Program-made: the position numbers and the translations under genes
Assembly: GCA_965603825.1 (NCBI GenBank)
Contig: CBFDEM010000010.1
Span: 62,001-126,000 of the forward strand
Direction of reading: 5' to 3'
Source of the DNA: Blepharisma stoltei ATCC 30299
Taxonomy: Eukaryota; Protista; Ciliophora
DNA length: 64,000 nucleotides
Notes under the pieces: model-generated
Seen by the model: the letters and a program-made list of their open reading frames with translations, nothing else
What the model was told of the DNA's origin: nothing
Database searches by the model: none
In this document: positions 11,686 to 25,082 of the stretch, one piece after another
Position numbering within the stretch: the first letter of the stretch is position 1
How the letters are laid out: each line of letters opens with the position of its first letter

Positions 11686-14600
11686 TTAATTCAAATTTAA
11701 TAATTTCTTAATGCTTTGGAATTCATATAAAGAAACCTGAACAGAAACAGGCTCCGATCCACTTCCTAAAGTGATTTTTCCAATAGTCCCTTGTGATGCA
11801 TCTTTATTGAAGGCTGATGCTCCTAATCCACCACTTTCACTTGTTACAAAGTTCGTAATGCTCTCTAAAGCTTTTCTTGCATTATATGTCAAATCATCAA
11901 GAGTTTCTTTGCTTTTCCTATATATCGCTTACAATAATTTTTCTTCTTTCATGCTATCTGATAAATCAATGACCCTTAGCTTTGAAATTTCTTTTTTAAG
12001 CTTTGCCTGAGATGAATAAATTGTTTCCAATTTTGATTTTAATGGGTTTTGCGGAATCTGAGGAAGTTTTGGCAGCTCTCTTATCTGGGCTCTCAATATG
12101 CTGGAGTTCAGTTGTCTATGTTGTAGCTGATAATGATCAATAACAGATCTGAAAGTTTCTATTTCATCTTGGCCAGCAGATGCGCCGTGTCTAGTAATAC
12201 TTCCTCCTCTCCACATATTAATCAATCCTCCAGTATCTGTTGGTACAAGTGATTGGTTTGACCTGAATTTATTTATTTCGTCATCTTCTTCTTTCAAAGA
12301 TTTAATTTCATCTTCGAGCTGCTTATTTTTTTCCTGCAGTTTTTCCATTTCTACATTCACAGCTTCCAAAGACTCTTCAAAATACTTCTCTCTGTCTTGC
12401 AGACGCTTCTTTTCAATTTCTAATTGTGCAAGCCTCTGAGATTTCGCATTAGCATCTGCTAATCTTACTTCTAAATTCCCTTTGGCGATTTTCATTTCAT
12501 TGAATTCTTTTTCAGTTTTCAGTAGTTTTATGGAGGAAACTTTTAAGCTGTTTTTGGTTTCTTCAAGCTCTTTGCAAGTTCCCTCAAAATTTGCAAGTCT
12601 ATCTTTGATTTGGCCTGTAATTGTCGACCAAGAGCCTTTGTCTTCATTAATTTCTGCTTTTCTGTATCCGTTAAGTAAGACAATGCTTCTGCTGTCTTTA
12701 TCACTTTCTATAAAGAACTCATTCCAATTGTAAGAGGAATAGTCAATAATTTCTGTATCCATTAGTACTTGCCTGACCGCATTATATCGCGCTATAAGAA
12801 TTTCGCCAACATTTCTCATTTGTTGAGAGTCTTCATCTCCTGAGAGTTCCAGCAGTTTGCAAGTGATATTATTGAATTTGTTTATAAGATCTTTATAGTC
12901 GATTGCAGCAGCAATTGAGTCGTCCAGCCCATACATCTGAATTAAATTATGAATTGCAACTGTAATAAGGAAAGTTCCTCTTGCCAAAGATACTCTTGAT
13001 GGGTTTAAAGATATATTTTGAGCCCTAAAATGATGGATTGCTTCTAAAGACAAAATGTATGGCTCTAGTGAAATTGATGGAGATAAGCCTCCTTCTTTTA
13101 TTAATTTTAAATAGTAGTCAATTGATTGGCTGATTGATAAAACTTGCCCCCATTCAATATGTTTCATTAATTCTTGATACTCATTCAGCGGGATTTTTCT
13201 TAAATGCTCTTCAATTAAAGCTAAATCTATCACAATCCCTACAGTTTGGAAGGACAATTCTGATATCCAGCGAATTAAAGGTCTTTCATTAGGCACATCT
13301 AATGTTTCATTAATGAGCTCAGAAACAAGTAAAATTCCTTTTGATTTCACACACATCAGCACTGAGAATTTTTCGAAAGTTGCCAAGTCCATTGACTCTA
13401 AAATACTGTCAGGAATTGCTTCAAGAACAAAAGTAATTTTTCTGCCTAAAATGATATTTTGGATTTCACTGATTTTTCCGTTTATGTGGTTTCCCATCAT
13501 TTCTCTGATTTTATTGATTAAAATCGTGTTTCTTTCCATAAGGGTTTGCATTTTCTTCATTTTCTCTTCTTCACCAGTGTCAGCTAATTGATCTTCTAAG
13601 CTTTGAATATCATTTTGCAGCTCACAAACTTTAACTCTGAATTGGTTAGCTGTTTTTTCATAGTCTAATCTTTGGGCTTCCAACTTCTGAAGTTCTATTT
13701 TCAAGTCCTGGATTTCAATTTCTTTATTATAAATTTCATTCGTTAGATTCTTTTCAATTTCTGCTTGTTCTTCAGTTATTTGTTCATCCATTTCATGAAG
13801 TTCTTGCAATTCTTGAATTTGCTCTTCTAAGTTCTGAATTTTTTCGCTTAATTTTAAATTGGTATCTGTCAAATTTTCAACCATATCATTTAATCCTGAA
13901 GATTCTTCAAGTGCATCATTTAGTGCATCTATGTCTGCTTGCTTGGACTCTAACTGTGATTTAAGATCAACTATTTGTTTTTGGGTTTCTTCTGCATTCG
14001 GCAGTGATCCTAGTTCATTTTCCAGTAGATTTATACGCTCTTCATACTCTGCTTTGGAGTTCTGATAATCTGAATATAGTTTTTTCAAAGCCAATTTTAA
14101 TTGGGAGACTTCAACTTCACTGCTTTCGCCTCCTTGGCTCGACTGAATCTCTTCCATTTCGAGATTTCTTAGCTCAATTTCTTCTTTTAGAGCTTCGTTT
14201 TCTTCTTTTAGCTCTTCAATTTCTTTTTGCAAAACTTTTTCATTTTCCTCTGCTAGCTCTTTCTCTAATGTTAAGTTTTCAATGATTTCATGGAGAGAAA
14301 CTTCTTCTTTTGCTCCTTTTTTGCCTTTGGTTTTGCTTTCAAGCTCTTTAACTTTTTTGGTAAGTTCATCTATGATTTTGTCTTTTTCTTTTGATTCTGC
14401 TGATGCTTTCTTTAATGATTCTACTTGTTTTTTGTACTCAGAAATATCAGCCTTCAATTTTTTGACTTCTTCAGTACTAACAGGTATGTCTGGATTTTTC
14501 TTGTCTTCTGTATCTTCTTTCTTTTTGAGCTCTTCTTTAGCTTTCTTTTCAGCAATTTGCTTTTTTTCTTGGATTTTTGCTTTGGCTTCTTCTCTTATTT

Positions 14601-15003
14601 GTTTTAATGCTGACTCTTCGACTTCTTCAGTTTTTTCTTCTACATCTTCAGGATCGTCAGGATTGTCAGCTTTCTTTTTGGTTGTTCGAATTCCACTGCC
14701 GATAAAAGCAGTCACGGCTCTTTTGTTCTTTTTTTCTTCTTCTTCAATGGGTTTTACTTGATTTATTCGCACAAAAATACCATGATTGAGGTTTGCTTCA
14801 AAATATTTAACTCCATTAAGAGTTCCATTATTTTTGCCCAGAGGGTTATCAAGATTTATGCCGTACCAGTTCCCGGTTGTTCCTTTTAATTGGCCGTAAT
14901 ATCGCAATTCCCCAGTTAGCTCACTGTTTTGTGTTGTCACAACAACACGAGTACCTAACTTAATAGGAGGACTCGATCTATCCTCAAGCCTTTTAGGCTC
15001 CAT
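11686..15003 (-). CDS. DCTN1: Dynactin subunit 1 (p150Glued)
   Basis: N-terminal CAP-Gly domain (GKNNG), long coiled coil, LEKELAEE and MVENLTDTNL motifs; intron 11918-11932. Confidence 0.88.
11918..11932 (-). other. 15-nt intron
   Basis: gtaagcgatatatag; joins in frame to the 11686-11892 ORF. Confidence 0.88.
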
Positions 15004-15468
15004 ATTAGAAATTTGTTACAAAATAGTGCAGATATTGATAATTATTATAGACAAGCTTTTAAAAGCAAATACAACTATCCCTTGCACTCAGAATTTCGTT
15101 AATTTGCAAATTTTAATGTAAATGCTCTTCAATTTAATTAAATTCCAATTTTTAAATAAAATGCATAAAAGCAGATGCTTGCTCAATAGTAAATTTAAAA
15201 TTTACAATTTTCAATTAAAACTTTTTTACGCAATGCATGGCTGTAATTCCGTGTTTTCTCCTTTCCATTTTGATTATCTTTTACAGCACTTATTAAACTC
15301 CAATTTAACATATTTTATTAAGCCAGAGAATATTAAATTTTCTTCAAAATTATTATTTATTTCCTATCCTTTAAATTCGCTTTTTAAATTCAAAATCCTT
15401 TAAAATATATTAACTTTTATTTTCAAATACCGTCAAAAAGTAAAATGAAACAATCTCCTCCCTGATAA

Positions 15469-17040
15469 ATGGGAGGAAAATTAAGCCTATTCGATGTATG
15501 TAAAGGTATCACAAAAACTTGCAAGCCAAGATCTACAGAGCCTAATTCTCCAGCCCTCATGCTATGTGCATCAGGGCCATCAGCTGACCAGATACTAAAC
15601 CCGAGTGGTTATAGATATTTTGATGACGAAGAAGAAGATTTTTATGACAGTCTTCTAGCTAAAGAAGAAAAAATCCACAATGAAGTCATAGCCCCAAAAC
15701 ATGTACAAACAAGCGAAATTTTGGGGCAGGGCAGCTTTGGAAGAGTTTTGTTTGGAGCAAACATGGATACTGGACAACTCATGGCAATAAAACAAATTCC
15801 TATCATAGGTTTCTCATATGAGACTGCTCATGAGCACTTTAAAGAAATTCACGAAGAAGTGGAAATTTTAAGTGGGCTTAGACATAAAAATATTGTCGGA
15901 TATCTTGGTATAAATAGGGACGAACAATTTTTGAATATTTATCTAGAATATGTAGCTGGTGGATCTATAGCTTCACTGCTGAATAAGTATGGGAAATTTA
16001 ACGAAACTCTTATTAGAGTGTATACCAAACAAATTTTGGAAGGGCTTGAATACTTGCATTATCATAAGATTATACATAGGGATATTAAAGGTGCAAATGT
16101 ATTAGTAACAAATGATGGAGTCTGTAAATTATCTGATTTCGGTGCTTCTAAGCGAATTATTGGGTTAATTGACCAAACACAATTTAAATCCTTAAGAGGA
16201 ACTGTTAACTGAATGGCACCAGAAGTTATGAAAGAAGAAGGCCACGGAAGATATGCCGACATCTGAAGCCTCGGCTGCTTAGTTGTTGAAATGGCGACTG
16301 GAAAACCACCTTGGTATTATAAAACAAACCCAATAGCTGTATTAATGCATGTCTGCACCACAAATACTCTTCCAGAGTTGCCGCCTGAATTATCAGATGC
16401 AGCCAAAGATTTTGTGTATTCTTGCTTCAGAAGAAATCCATGTGAAAGGCTAAATGTCCACAAACTACTAAATCATCCTTTTGTGCAGGGAATTATAATT
16501 ATTCCTCATTTTATCAGCTATCATCAAGCTGAAGAAGTCGTTTTTGGGTCTGGAAGCACGAAATTTACCTCTGAAGAAAAAGGAGTTTTTCTTTCAGGAA
16601 GTCTCGCAAACAGTACGTTTAGAGAAGAAAGCAAAGAAGAGGAAACACCGAAAAGGTTGTCAGACGAAATCAATGATACCAGCCTTGATCCTTCACATAA
16701 TGTCAAAGCGCCTTTTGGGAATATCATCACTATTAAGAAGTTTACTGCAGCTCCTGAAGGTCAGGACGAAGAAATAATACTTAGAAGACCTAGCACTTTG
16801 AGTGAGGAAAATGAAGAGGGCTCAGAAGAGGAGGAAGATGAAGAAGAAGAAGAGGAAGAGGAAGAAGAAGAAGAAGAGGAAGAGGAAGAAATAGGAAACC
16901 AAAACAAAATTGAAAGCCAGAAAAGTGAAGATAAAACTCATGTATCTACTAGCTCAAATATCATTCCAAACCACATGAGCAAATGCAACGAAAACTTAGA
17001 GATAAAAATGTCTTTTCCAGCAAAAGAAGTGGATGTATAA
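15469..17040 (+). CDS. STE11/NPK1-like MAP kinase kinase kinase with poly-Glu tail
   Basis: GQGSFG, EYVAGGSI, HRDIKGAN, GTVN-W-MAPE (TGA 16210), ADI-W-SLGC (TGA 16264), MATGKPPW. Confidence 0.92.
16805..16890 (+). repeat. GAR triplet repeat encoding poly-Glu
   Basis: (GAA/GAG)n run inside the kinase tail. Confidence 0.85.
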
Positions 17041-17120
17041 TAATATCTAAATTCTCAATTACTATTAGTAAGCTCATAAATGCTTTCATTTTTAGTTTAA
17101 AAAAATTCTGAAGGATATAA

Positions 17121-19178
17121 ATGTTAAATAGCTCAGAAAGAGAAACCAACGAGTCATTATTAAGGAAATCAAGGAGTGGCTCACTTTTTCAAACAGACAA
17201 CAGTTGATCTATAAAAAAGCAAGAGCTTGAAAATAGCCTAAAAACTCTCTCAATGGAAAAGCAAGATTTGCTCTTCCGCAAAGAATCAGTAGAAAAAATG
17301 AGATCAAAAGCTCTAAGAATTACTCAAAAAGATGCCTCAATTGAAGAATTGAGAATGCTTCTAGAAATAAGTCACGAGCAAAGCAAGGATTACTCAAATG
17401 CACTTACATTTGAACGAAAATCCAAACAAGAAATGGAAGAATACTTGCAATCAGTAAAAAACCGATATGATGAGCTTGAAAAATTCAATAAATCTTTGTC
17501 CACAAGGATTAGCAATAAAGATAAACACATTAGCTATTGTGTATCTGATCTATATAAGCTTAAATCAAAAATCGAAAAAATTGGAAATTCCGCTATTAGC
17601 ACAAACATTCAAATGGAGATTGAAGGAATCATTGAAAAATTGTCCACAGATGATTATTTTAATTTTGAAGAAAAAAAAACTTTAAAAACGCCTACAAAAT
17701 CTGCAGGGAAAAGCTTTAATTTTGGAGATTCAAATATTTCCAACATGTCTATGTCCAGTAATACCGAATCCAACGCAAAATTGACTGAAGAAATTTCTTC
17801 TCTCAGAAGACAGCTACAAGAAACTCAAGAGCTTTATCACATTGTATCCGAGCAGTTGCGAGAAAGAAATGACAAAGGAATCCGCTATGATGAAGAAATT
17901 TCTGTTCTTCGTAACAAATTGCAAGAAGCCCGGCGAGAATATGACACCTTAACCTCTCAGCTCGTAAAACAGTCAACTGATAGAGATTTTCAGCATAAAA
18001 ATTTATTAATCGAAATAGAAGAACTAAAAAAAAAGAGAAACGAGCAAGAAATTGAGGTGAAAAAGCTAGAAACAAACTATAAAACCAACATTTCTGAGCT
18101 TGAAACTTCTTTATCAACTTCTAGAGAAAGGTTTTTACAACTATTAGAGGACAAGTCAAAGCTTGAATCTGATTCTTTACAAATGAGAGCAGAAAAAAAA
18201 GAATTAATAAACCAGCTTCAAATAAAAGAAATGAAAATTAATGAGTTGTCAGCTTCTATCCAAGGGTTAAGCCAAGAGCTGGGATTGCTGAAAAAACACT
18301 TAAACTTAGATGACGTTGATATAGGACAGCTCCGAAATCTAAGCCAAAAAACACAAAATTTAGAAGAGCAGCTTGAGCAAGCAAAACAAGCTTTAAGTGC
18401 ATCGAAATCTAGGGAAGAACTGATGATGCAAGAAATTGATGATTTGAGTGAAAAACTTGAAATTTATGAATCATGTCCAACTATTAATAGTGAGTCAGTG
18501 CTAAAACAACTATCGCAACAAATTTCAAGTATTATTCTATCAAAAGATAAAGCATTTGCGATAGACCCGAAAATAAAATCTTTATTAAAGCAGGTTTTCG
18601 GTGAAAATTGTGTAAGACTTATGGATAACTATGAAGAAATCGTCAAATCAGTCCATCAAGACAAAAATCAGCTAAAAGACAGGCTTTTATATGAGATTGA
18701 ACTGAGGGCGCAATGCTTAATTGAAACACAAAAGTCTTTTGATATGATACTTGAATATAAAGGAAGAGATAAAGATATTGAAAATAAAAGAAAACAAATC
18801 ACTGAAGAGCTAAAGCATATTGAAAAACAAATATCTATTGAAGAAAGTGCTCAAAATATGTATAAAGTAGACAGCCCAACTCAGAATAAACAAAGAAATG
18901 ATTTTAAATTAAAGGATGAGGTTGAAAATCTGAAAGGAGAAAATGAGAAACTAAAATCTGATATAAATAGTTATGAAAAAGAGCAATCACAGCTAAACGA
19001 AGAATTAAACAAGAGCACAATCTTAATAGAACAACTCAAAAAGAAAATTTCCAAAGCTATGGTCAATGTAAACAAAGATGATTTGGTTGGATTTTTACAG
19101 TGTGAAGCAGCTGCGTTAGAAGAAACATTGACTGGCAATCAGAATTATTTTGGAAATGAAAGCTTTGCAGAACTTTAA
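17121..19178 (+). CDS. Long coiled-coil protein
   Basis: Heptad-rich 641-aa ORF that extends upstream to ATG 17121 through one TGA. Confidence 0.8.
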
Positions 19179-19376
19179 TGTAAATTGTGCTTAATTATCA
19201 TAAGAGTATTAATTATAATTCACTTTATTGCTAATTGCAAAATAATTTCTTTTACTATATTTTACGAAACCCCAATCAAAAAATATACACAATTTCAAAT
19301 TAAAATTACTCTTAATGAAAATAGTTTAATTAAAGAAATTTAGATTTAACTAATTATTATGAAAATAAAATAAAAA

Positions 19377-19805
19377 ATGCAATCAGTCATCGGTGACTTC
19401 TTTATAAACCGAGAAAGTGAAGTCTCCTTTGCAGAAGTAGAGCGTAACCAAGTAGTCTGCTTATTTTTCACAGCAAATTGGTGCCCTCCTTGTCGAACAT
19501 TTACACCTATATTGGTTGAATTTTATAATGATGTGAATTATCCTGATAAGAGATTAGAAATTATTCAAATAAGCTCTGATAAAGACGAGCAGTCATTTTC
19601 TGAATATTTTAGCAGATTGCCATGGCTAGCAATTCCTTTTGGTGATAGCAGGATAAAATCATTAAAAATGAAATTCAAGGTCCAAGGGATACCACTTTTA
19701 ATGTTATTAAATAAAGACGGAACAATGGCTTATGGATTAGGAAGAGCTGACGTACAAACAGAAGGCCCTGCATGTTTTGATAAATGGTATAACTTAGTGA
19801 ACTAA
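19377..19805 (+). CDS. Nucleoredoxin/tryparedoxin-like thioredoxin
   Basis: FFTANWCPPCRTFTP, EIIQISSD, PWLAIPF, VQGIP. Confidence 0.92.
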   Translation: MQSVIGDFFINRESEVSFAEVERNQVVCLFFTANWCPPCRTFTPILVEFYNDVNYPDKRLEIIQISSDKDEQSFSEYFSRLPWLAIPFGDSRIKSLKMKFKVQGIPLLMLLNKDGTMAYGLGRADVQTEGPACFDKWYNLVN

Positions 19806-19890
19806 ATTATTTTCTATAACAGTTAGCATATCTCCATTTTGGACGTTTCCCATAGTCTTAGTTTTTAAGAACTTGACAGTTTATTTTATT

Positions 19891-21366
19891 TTATCAGGCT
19901 TTTGGATTATCAGAAAACATTTTTCTGAGGGCATATTCTACCCGTTCCAAATAAATCTCTGCATGTTTGGCTTCGAATGTTAAGCATGGCCTTAATCTTA
20001 TACTTCGGCACCCACAAGTTCCACAATTAACGCCAGCTTTAATCATTTCATCTACCAGAGCTTCAGCAGTTTTTCCATCATCTAAGTCAAATGCCATAAA
20101 GCTTCCTAATCCTCTTATATTAGAAATTGGGAATCTTCGCTGCAATTCCATAAGTCCATTCTTCAAAACACTTCCAGTGCTCCTCGACAAAGCCAATAAA
20201 TCTTCATCCTCCATGACCTCAACCACTGTCTTCAAATTCAGCAGTCTTATTGGGTCTCCATGCCAAGAATTATAAATGGAATATGCCCTATCTGCCCTTA
20301 AATGAGGTTTATAAAAAATCCCAGAAATTTGCATCCTTTTTGCAAAGGTCACAATATCTGGATCCGCATGTGATCCCCAATGCTCATGTCCCCAGAATTT
20401 CCCTGTAGCTCCGACCCCAGTCTGTACTTCGTCTGCAATCACTAACGCTCCATTCTGATGTACAATATCTTGAAGTCTTATATAAAATTCAGGAGATGCA
20501 TATTTATCGCCTCCTTCTCCTAGTATTGGTTCTACAACTACCCCAGCGATCTGCTTACTAGAAGTTTTAAAAGCCATTTCTAGCTCGGCCAATGCGCGGT
20601 TTTCTTCAGCCTTATTATGAGTTTCGTTTTCTGCATAAGGATGCTTTATATCAGGAAACTGTATTGATGGCCAGTCAAAGGTGGGGAGACCAAGCTTATG
20701 GATTGGTTTACTTTGGGTTGTTGTGAGAGCTCCAAAGGTTCTTCCATGAAATGAACTTTTAAATGACAAAATCGCAAGATCGTTACCTTTATTGTGAAGA
20801 GCATCTTCAAGCTCTTGAATCGATGGGGATGCTCCGTTGCGATTCTTTTTCATTGCATGAGCAAATGCAAGCTTATAAGCGTATTCGTTAGCGCCGGCAC
20901 CACACCCACAGCTTGGGATTACTTCAGTTAATCCTTTTGGTGCGATTGGGATCAGTATCTCTTGTATCATTGTTGGCCAGTTTTTATCTGGCATTTCAGT
21001 GGTTTGGCGCTGTGACAGATATTTTCTATATTCTGGGGATCTTGCGGCCTAAGTAACCCTTACTCGTAGAAGTGCGGGATGGTTATATCCAATAGGGAGG
21101 GATGCGACTTGCGAATAAGTTTCTAATAGTACATTTCCATCAGCGTCTACAGCGTAATTTCCTTTAGATCGCTTAAAATCAATGAAAAGTTTTATCTGAA
21201 TAAAGAGTACGGTTCGAGGGTCCTGGCTGAAATTATTTAAGGTAGATAAAAGGACCTTGGATCTAGGACCTGGGATATCAGTTAGGACTTGAGGTCCAGC
21301 TGGTTCTTCAGCGAGAATAGGGCTGTAGTTTTTCAAACTGTTGATTGCTTTGGTTATAGCTCTCAT
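19891..21366 (-). CDS. ABAT: 4-aminobutyrate aminotransferase, mitochondrial
   Basis: SKGNY..DADGN, SLPIGYNHP, SFHGRT, EPILGEGGD, DEVQTG, DIVTFAK, SIRLRP. Introns 21049-21063 and 21196-21210. Ends TGA-TAA. Confidence 0.92.
21049..21063 (-). other. 15-nt intron
   Basis: gtaagggttacttag removes the TAG. Confidence 0.9.
21196..21210 (-). other. 15-nt intron (in-frame, no stop)
   Basis: gtactctttattcag; removal gives QDPRT|IKLFIDF. Confidence 0.65.
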
Positions 21367-22550
21367 TTTAATTATAAGTGTGAGCCATATCAGAAATCAA
21401 ATTTAAAAGAGCCACATGAAGTAAAGAAAAAATTTTTGGTAAAATTATCAGGAAAAAAGTGGAAAAAATATAAATAGACGAATAGACTAGTAAAAATAAT
21501 TGTTCTTCAGTATTAAGATTGATATCAGTAATTACTAATTCTGATATTATGCTGACCAGAATATGGAATGCCATGCGTAAATGAAATGACCGGAAAATTC
21601 AAGGTAGTTTTAAAGTGAAAAACTGCAAGAAGGTTAAATAGCTTTTCTTTGATTATGAATATAGATTTGATAAATTAAAGTGAGTTCAAAGCAATGAAAT
21701 CATTAAAAAATTTAAAAAGCAGAGAATTCAAGCCAATATAATTTGAAAAGGGATTTCTGAAGAAAATTCTTAATTAAATAGCTGGCTAAAAATAACAAGC
21801 AATTACTAGTTAAAGTCAACTCAACCAAATCAAAATAATAGAAGGAAATTGAATAAAAAAATCTTGATAACTTTATAATAGCTAAGTTGTGAAACCTTTT
21901 AGGGGAGATTATTTTAAGATAAAAGTGAGTAAGAAAACGAGTATTTAAAGAGTATTTACTGCTCTTATACACTCTTAAAAGTTATTTAACTATTTAGACA
22001 GTAAGGCTAACGAATTAAAATTTTTATTATTTATAAAGGAAAAGGTATTGTACCCACCTAAAAATCGTACTGCTTCTTGAATTTCTAATTCATTCGGCAC
22101 TAGATGAGAATCAAAGATTACTGTTGCAATCTTCAATGCAATATCTGCAGAAAAGGATAGTCAAATAAAATGGTATACACTTATTAAAAATCAAACAAGA
22201 AGTTTTTTTTAACTCTTTTCAACAATAGATTTTCGTAATTATTTCAAATCCTTGAATGTCCAGGATGAAAATATTAAACATCACAAATAGATTAAGTAGT
22301 ATAAGCAACTACTTGAAAGTAATTTATTAATTAAGGCCTAAAAATCGATTTATTAATAAATTTTGCAAATTTAATGATAAATAAAATTTATAACATTGCT
22401 TTATCAAGCATTAGATTCCATTATATTTCATTCCCATAATATCAAATTTAAGAAAATTCTATCATGAAATTCACAAGAGATTTCTTTAATCTGCATATAA
22501 TAAAATTCCTACTTATTGGATTTATAATAAATAAGAAGCTTAATCAGAAA

Positions 22551-23807
22551 ATGAGAGTTATGCGCTTCTTTTCACATGCAAAACACAAAATATCTGTGAA
22601 GAACTCTATAGTAGAGCTAGACGGGGATGAAATGGCAAGAATCATGTGGGGATTAATTAAAGAAAAATTGGTATTCCCATTTCTTGATATTGATATCAAA
22701 TATTATGATCTGAGTATCCAAAATCGAAATTCTACCGATGATCGCATAACTTTAGAAGCTGCACAAGCAATTGCTCAGCATAAGGTAGGCGTTAAATGTG
22801 CTACAATCACTCCTGATGAAGAAAGAGTAAAAGAATTTGGTCTAAAGAAAATGTGAAAAAGCCCTAATGGGACTATTAGAAACTATTTAAATGGCACCAT
22901 CTTTAGGGAACCAATAGTAGTGAATTCAATACCTCGACCTGTTCCAGGGTGAATAAAGCCAATAGTGATTGCAAGGCACAGCAATGCTGACCAATACAGT
23001 GCTTCAGATCATAAAATTCCTAAGCCTGGCAAAGTTGAGCTTGTTTACACTCCAGAAGATGGTTCTCCAAAAGAGAAATGGCTCGTGTACGACTATAAAT
23101 CTCCAGGCGTAGCAATGGGAATGTATAACACAGATGCTTCTATCGCAGAATTTGCCAGATCTTGTTTTATATTCTCCTTAGAAAAGAACTACAACATGTT
23201 TTTCAGTTCAAAAAATACGATTCTTAAAGCATATGATGGAAGATTCAAAGATATAATGCAAGAAATCTATGAAAATCATTTTAAAGCTGAATTCCAAGCT
23301 AAAAATCTCACATATGAGCATAGACTAATTGATGATATGGTAGCTCAGTGCTTGAAAAGCAAAGGAGGATTTTTATGGGCTTGCAAAAATTATGATGGAG
23401 ATGTTCAAAGTGATATTGTGGCTCAAGGATTCGGGTCGCTAGGACTAATGACTAGTGAATTAAGGACTTCTGGAGATATTTGTATGGCAGAAGCTGCTCA
23501 TGGAACTGTTACGAGGCATTATAGAGTCCACCAAGCAGGAGGAGAAACATCGTCTAATTCTATAGCCAGCATTTTTGCGTGGACTAGAGGAATTCAGCAT
23601 AGAGCTAAGCTTGATAAAAACGAGGAACTTTTAAGATGGGCAAATTCATTAGAAGAAGTTGTGATTGAAAGAGTAGAAAAAGGAGAAATGACAAAAGACT
23701 TAGCATTGATGGTACATGGGCCAAATGTGGAAAGAAAGCATTGGCTAAACACTCAAGACTTTATTCAGAACATCGCTGATCATTTTGAAAGGAAATTAAA
23801 TAAGTAA
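22551..23807 (+). CDS. IDH2: NADP-dependent isocitrate dehydrogenase (IDH1/2 family, probable mitochondrial presequence)
   Basis: [34 protein letters not shown] (TGA 22854), VPG-W (TGA 22950), [29 protein letters not shown]. Confidence 0.95.
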
Positions 23808-23824
23808 TTGGTAGAGATTAAAAT

Positions 23825-24574
23825 ATGGAAAAATTTTCTGTACAAATACTCAAAGAAGAATCCGAAAAATCCCAAAATTATCAGCCACATATGATTTCAG
23901 ATGACTTTTGCGGCTGGGATGGTAAACCAATGGCCTTGCCTAACATTAAATTAAAAAGCCCATATAGAAGATCTAGTTTATATGAAAAATTGAAGTTGGA
24001 CTCTCTTGCAATAGCCCAGCAGAATCTGCCTCATCCAAAAACAGTAAAACAAAAAGCCAAGCCACGTGTAGATACAGTTATAACTTATAGCATACCTACA
24101 AGCATAAAAATACTCAAAGCTAAACAAACGCCTAAACATCTTCGAAATTATTCGCAAAACGTAAATTCAAATAGAGAAAGTCCTATAAGTCCAAGAATAA
24201 CTGTTATCAAATATGAAGACTCTGGCGCCGATGCATCAACCAGTAGAAGATTTTCAAATACTTCTCACAGAGATCGTAATGAAATAAGGAAAATCCCATT
24301 AAAAATCCGAAATTTCCATCATGTAGAAAAAGAAATAAATACGCCATATAAAATTAAGCCAAGCCAGCAGGTAATCTCAGAGCTCCGATATTTTATGAAT
24401 GAAAGCACAGTAACCTCGCCAAGATCCGCACCTCGATCACCGATATCATTAAAATCTGAATTTTTGAAATTTGCAAATATTTCGCAGACACTTGAAGAAT
24501 TTTTGGCTAAAACAAAGCTAAGTAACGATCGATCTAAGACACCTTTAAATAAACCAAGAAATTTGTTTAATTAA
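23825..24574 (+). CDS. Hypothetical basic Ser/Pro-rich protein
   Basis: 249-aa ORF starting 17 bp after the IDH stop. Confidence 0.7.
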   Translation: MEKFSVQILKEESEKSQNYQPHMISDDFCGWDGKPMALPNIKLKSPYRRSSLYEKLKLDSLAIAQQNLPHPKTVKQKAKPRVDTVITYSIPTSIKILKAKQTPKHLRNYSQNVNSNRESPISPRITVIKYEDSGADASTSRRFSNTSHRDRNEIRKIPLKIRNFHHVEKEINTPYKIKPSQQVISELRYFMNESTVTSPRSAPRSPISLKSEFLKFANISQTLEEFLAKTKLSNDRSKTPLNKPRNLFN

Positions 24575-24693
24575 AAAAATTAAACGAGATATATCCATGT
24601 GTCTTACACTTATGTGTTTTGTGCAATTAAATATAAAAGGAACATTTGCGGTATCAAAAAGCATTAAATCTAAATTTTGGATATTATAATAAT

Positions 24694-24972
24694 TTAATCT
24701 TTTGTATTTATACCTTTTCCTCGATTTAAGACATGCCATAGTACCATTCCAGTGCAAAAAAGCACAGAAGTTATGTAAAATAAATTTATAATCATCAATG
24801 GGTATTTTCTTTGTTCGCATGCTTCTTCACTCCCACAGACATTAGTCGCTAAGCAGCAATAATCACAACCAAGTTCTTCACAGCTAATATTTTCACTCTC
24901 TCTTATATCGATTTTACTTGTGTATCTCTCTAATGAATTTACTAACGTTAAAATTAGTAAAAATATTTTCAT
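24694..24972 (-). CDS. Small Cys-rich single-pass membrane protein
   Basis: Signal peptide, C-EELG-C-DY-CC...C...C ectodomain, hydrophobic TM segment, basic tail. Confidence 0.7.
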   Translation of the reverse strand: MKIFLLILTLVNSLERYTSKIDIRESENISCEELGCDYCCLATNVCGSEEACEQRKYPLMIINLFYITSVLFCTGMVLWHVLNRGKGINTKD

Positions 24973-25082
24973 CTTTTATTAGTTATTTAAGAAGCCTAAA
25001 CAAAATGTTATCGTTGAGTAAATAAGAATGCATTATTTATTACTGAAATAATAAGATTTACTGAGGAAGTAAATATTAATAA

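Noticed and set aside
15122-15403. Short AT-rich ORFs in intergenic DNA (also 21712-21972, 46738-46929, 50643-50843)
   Set aside because: F/L/K/N/I-biased chance ORFs with no recognisable motifs.
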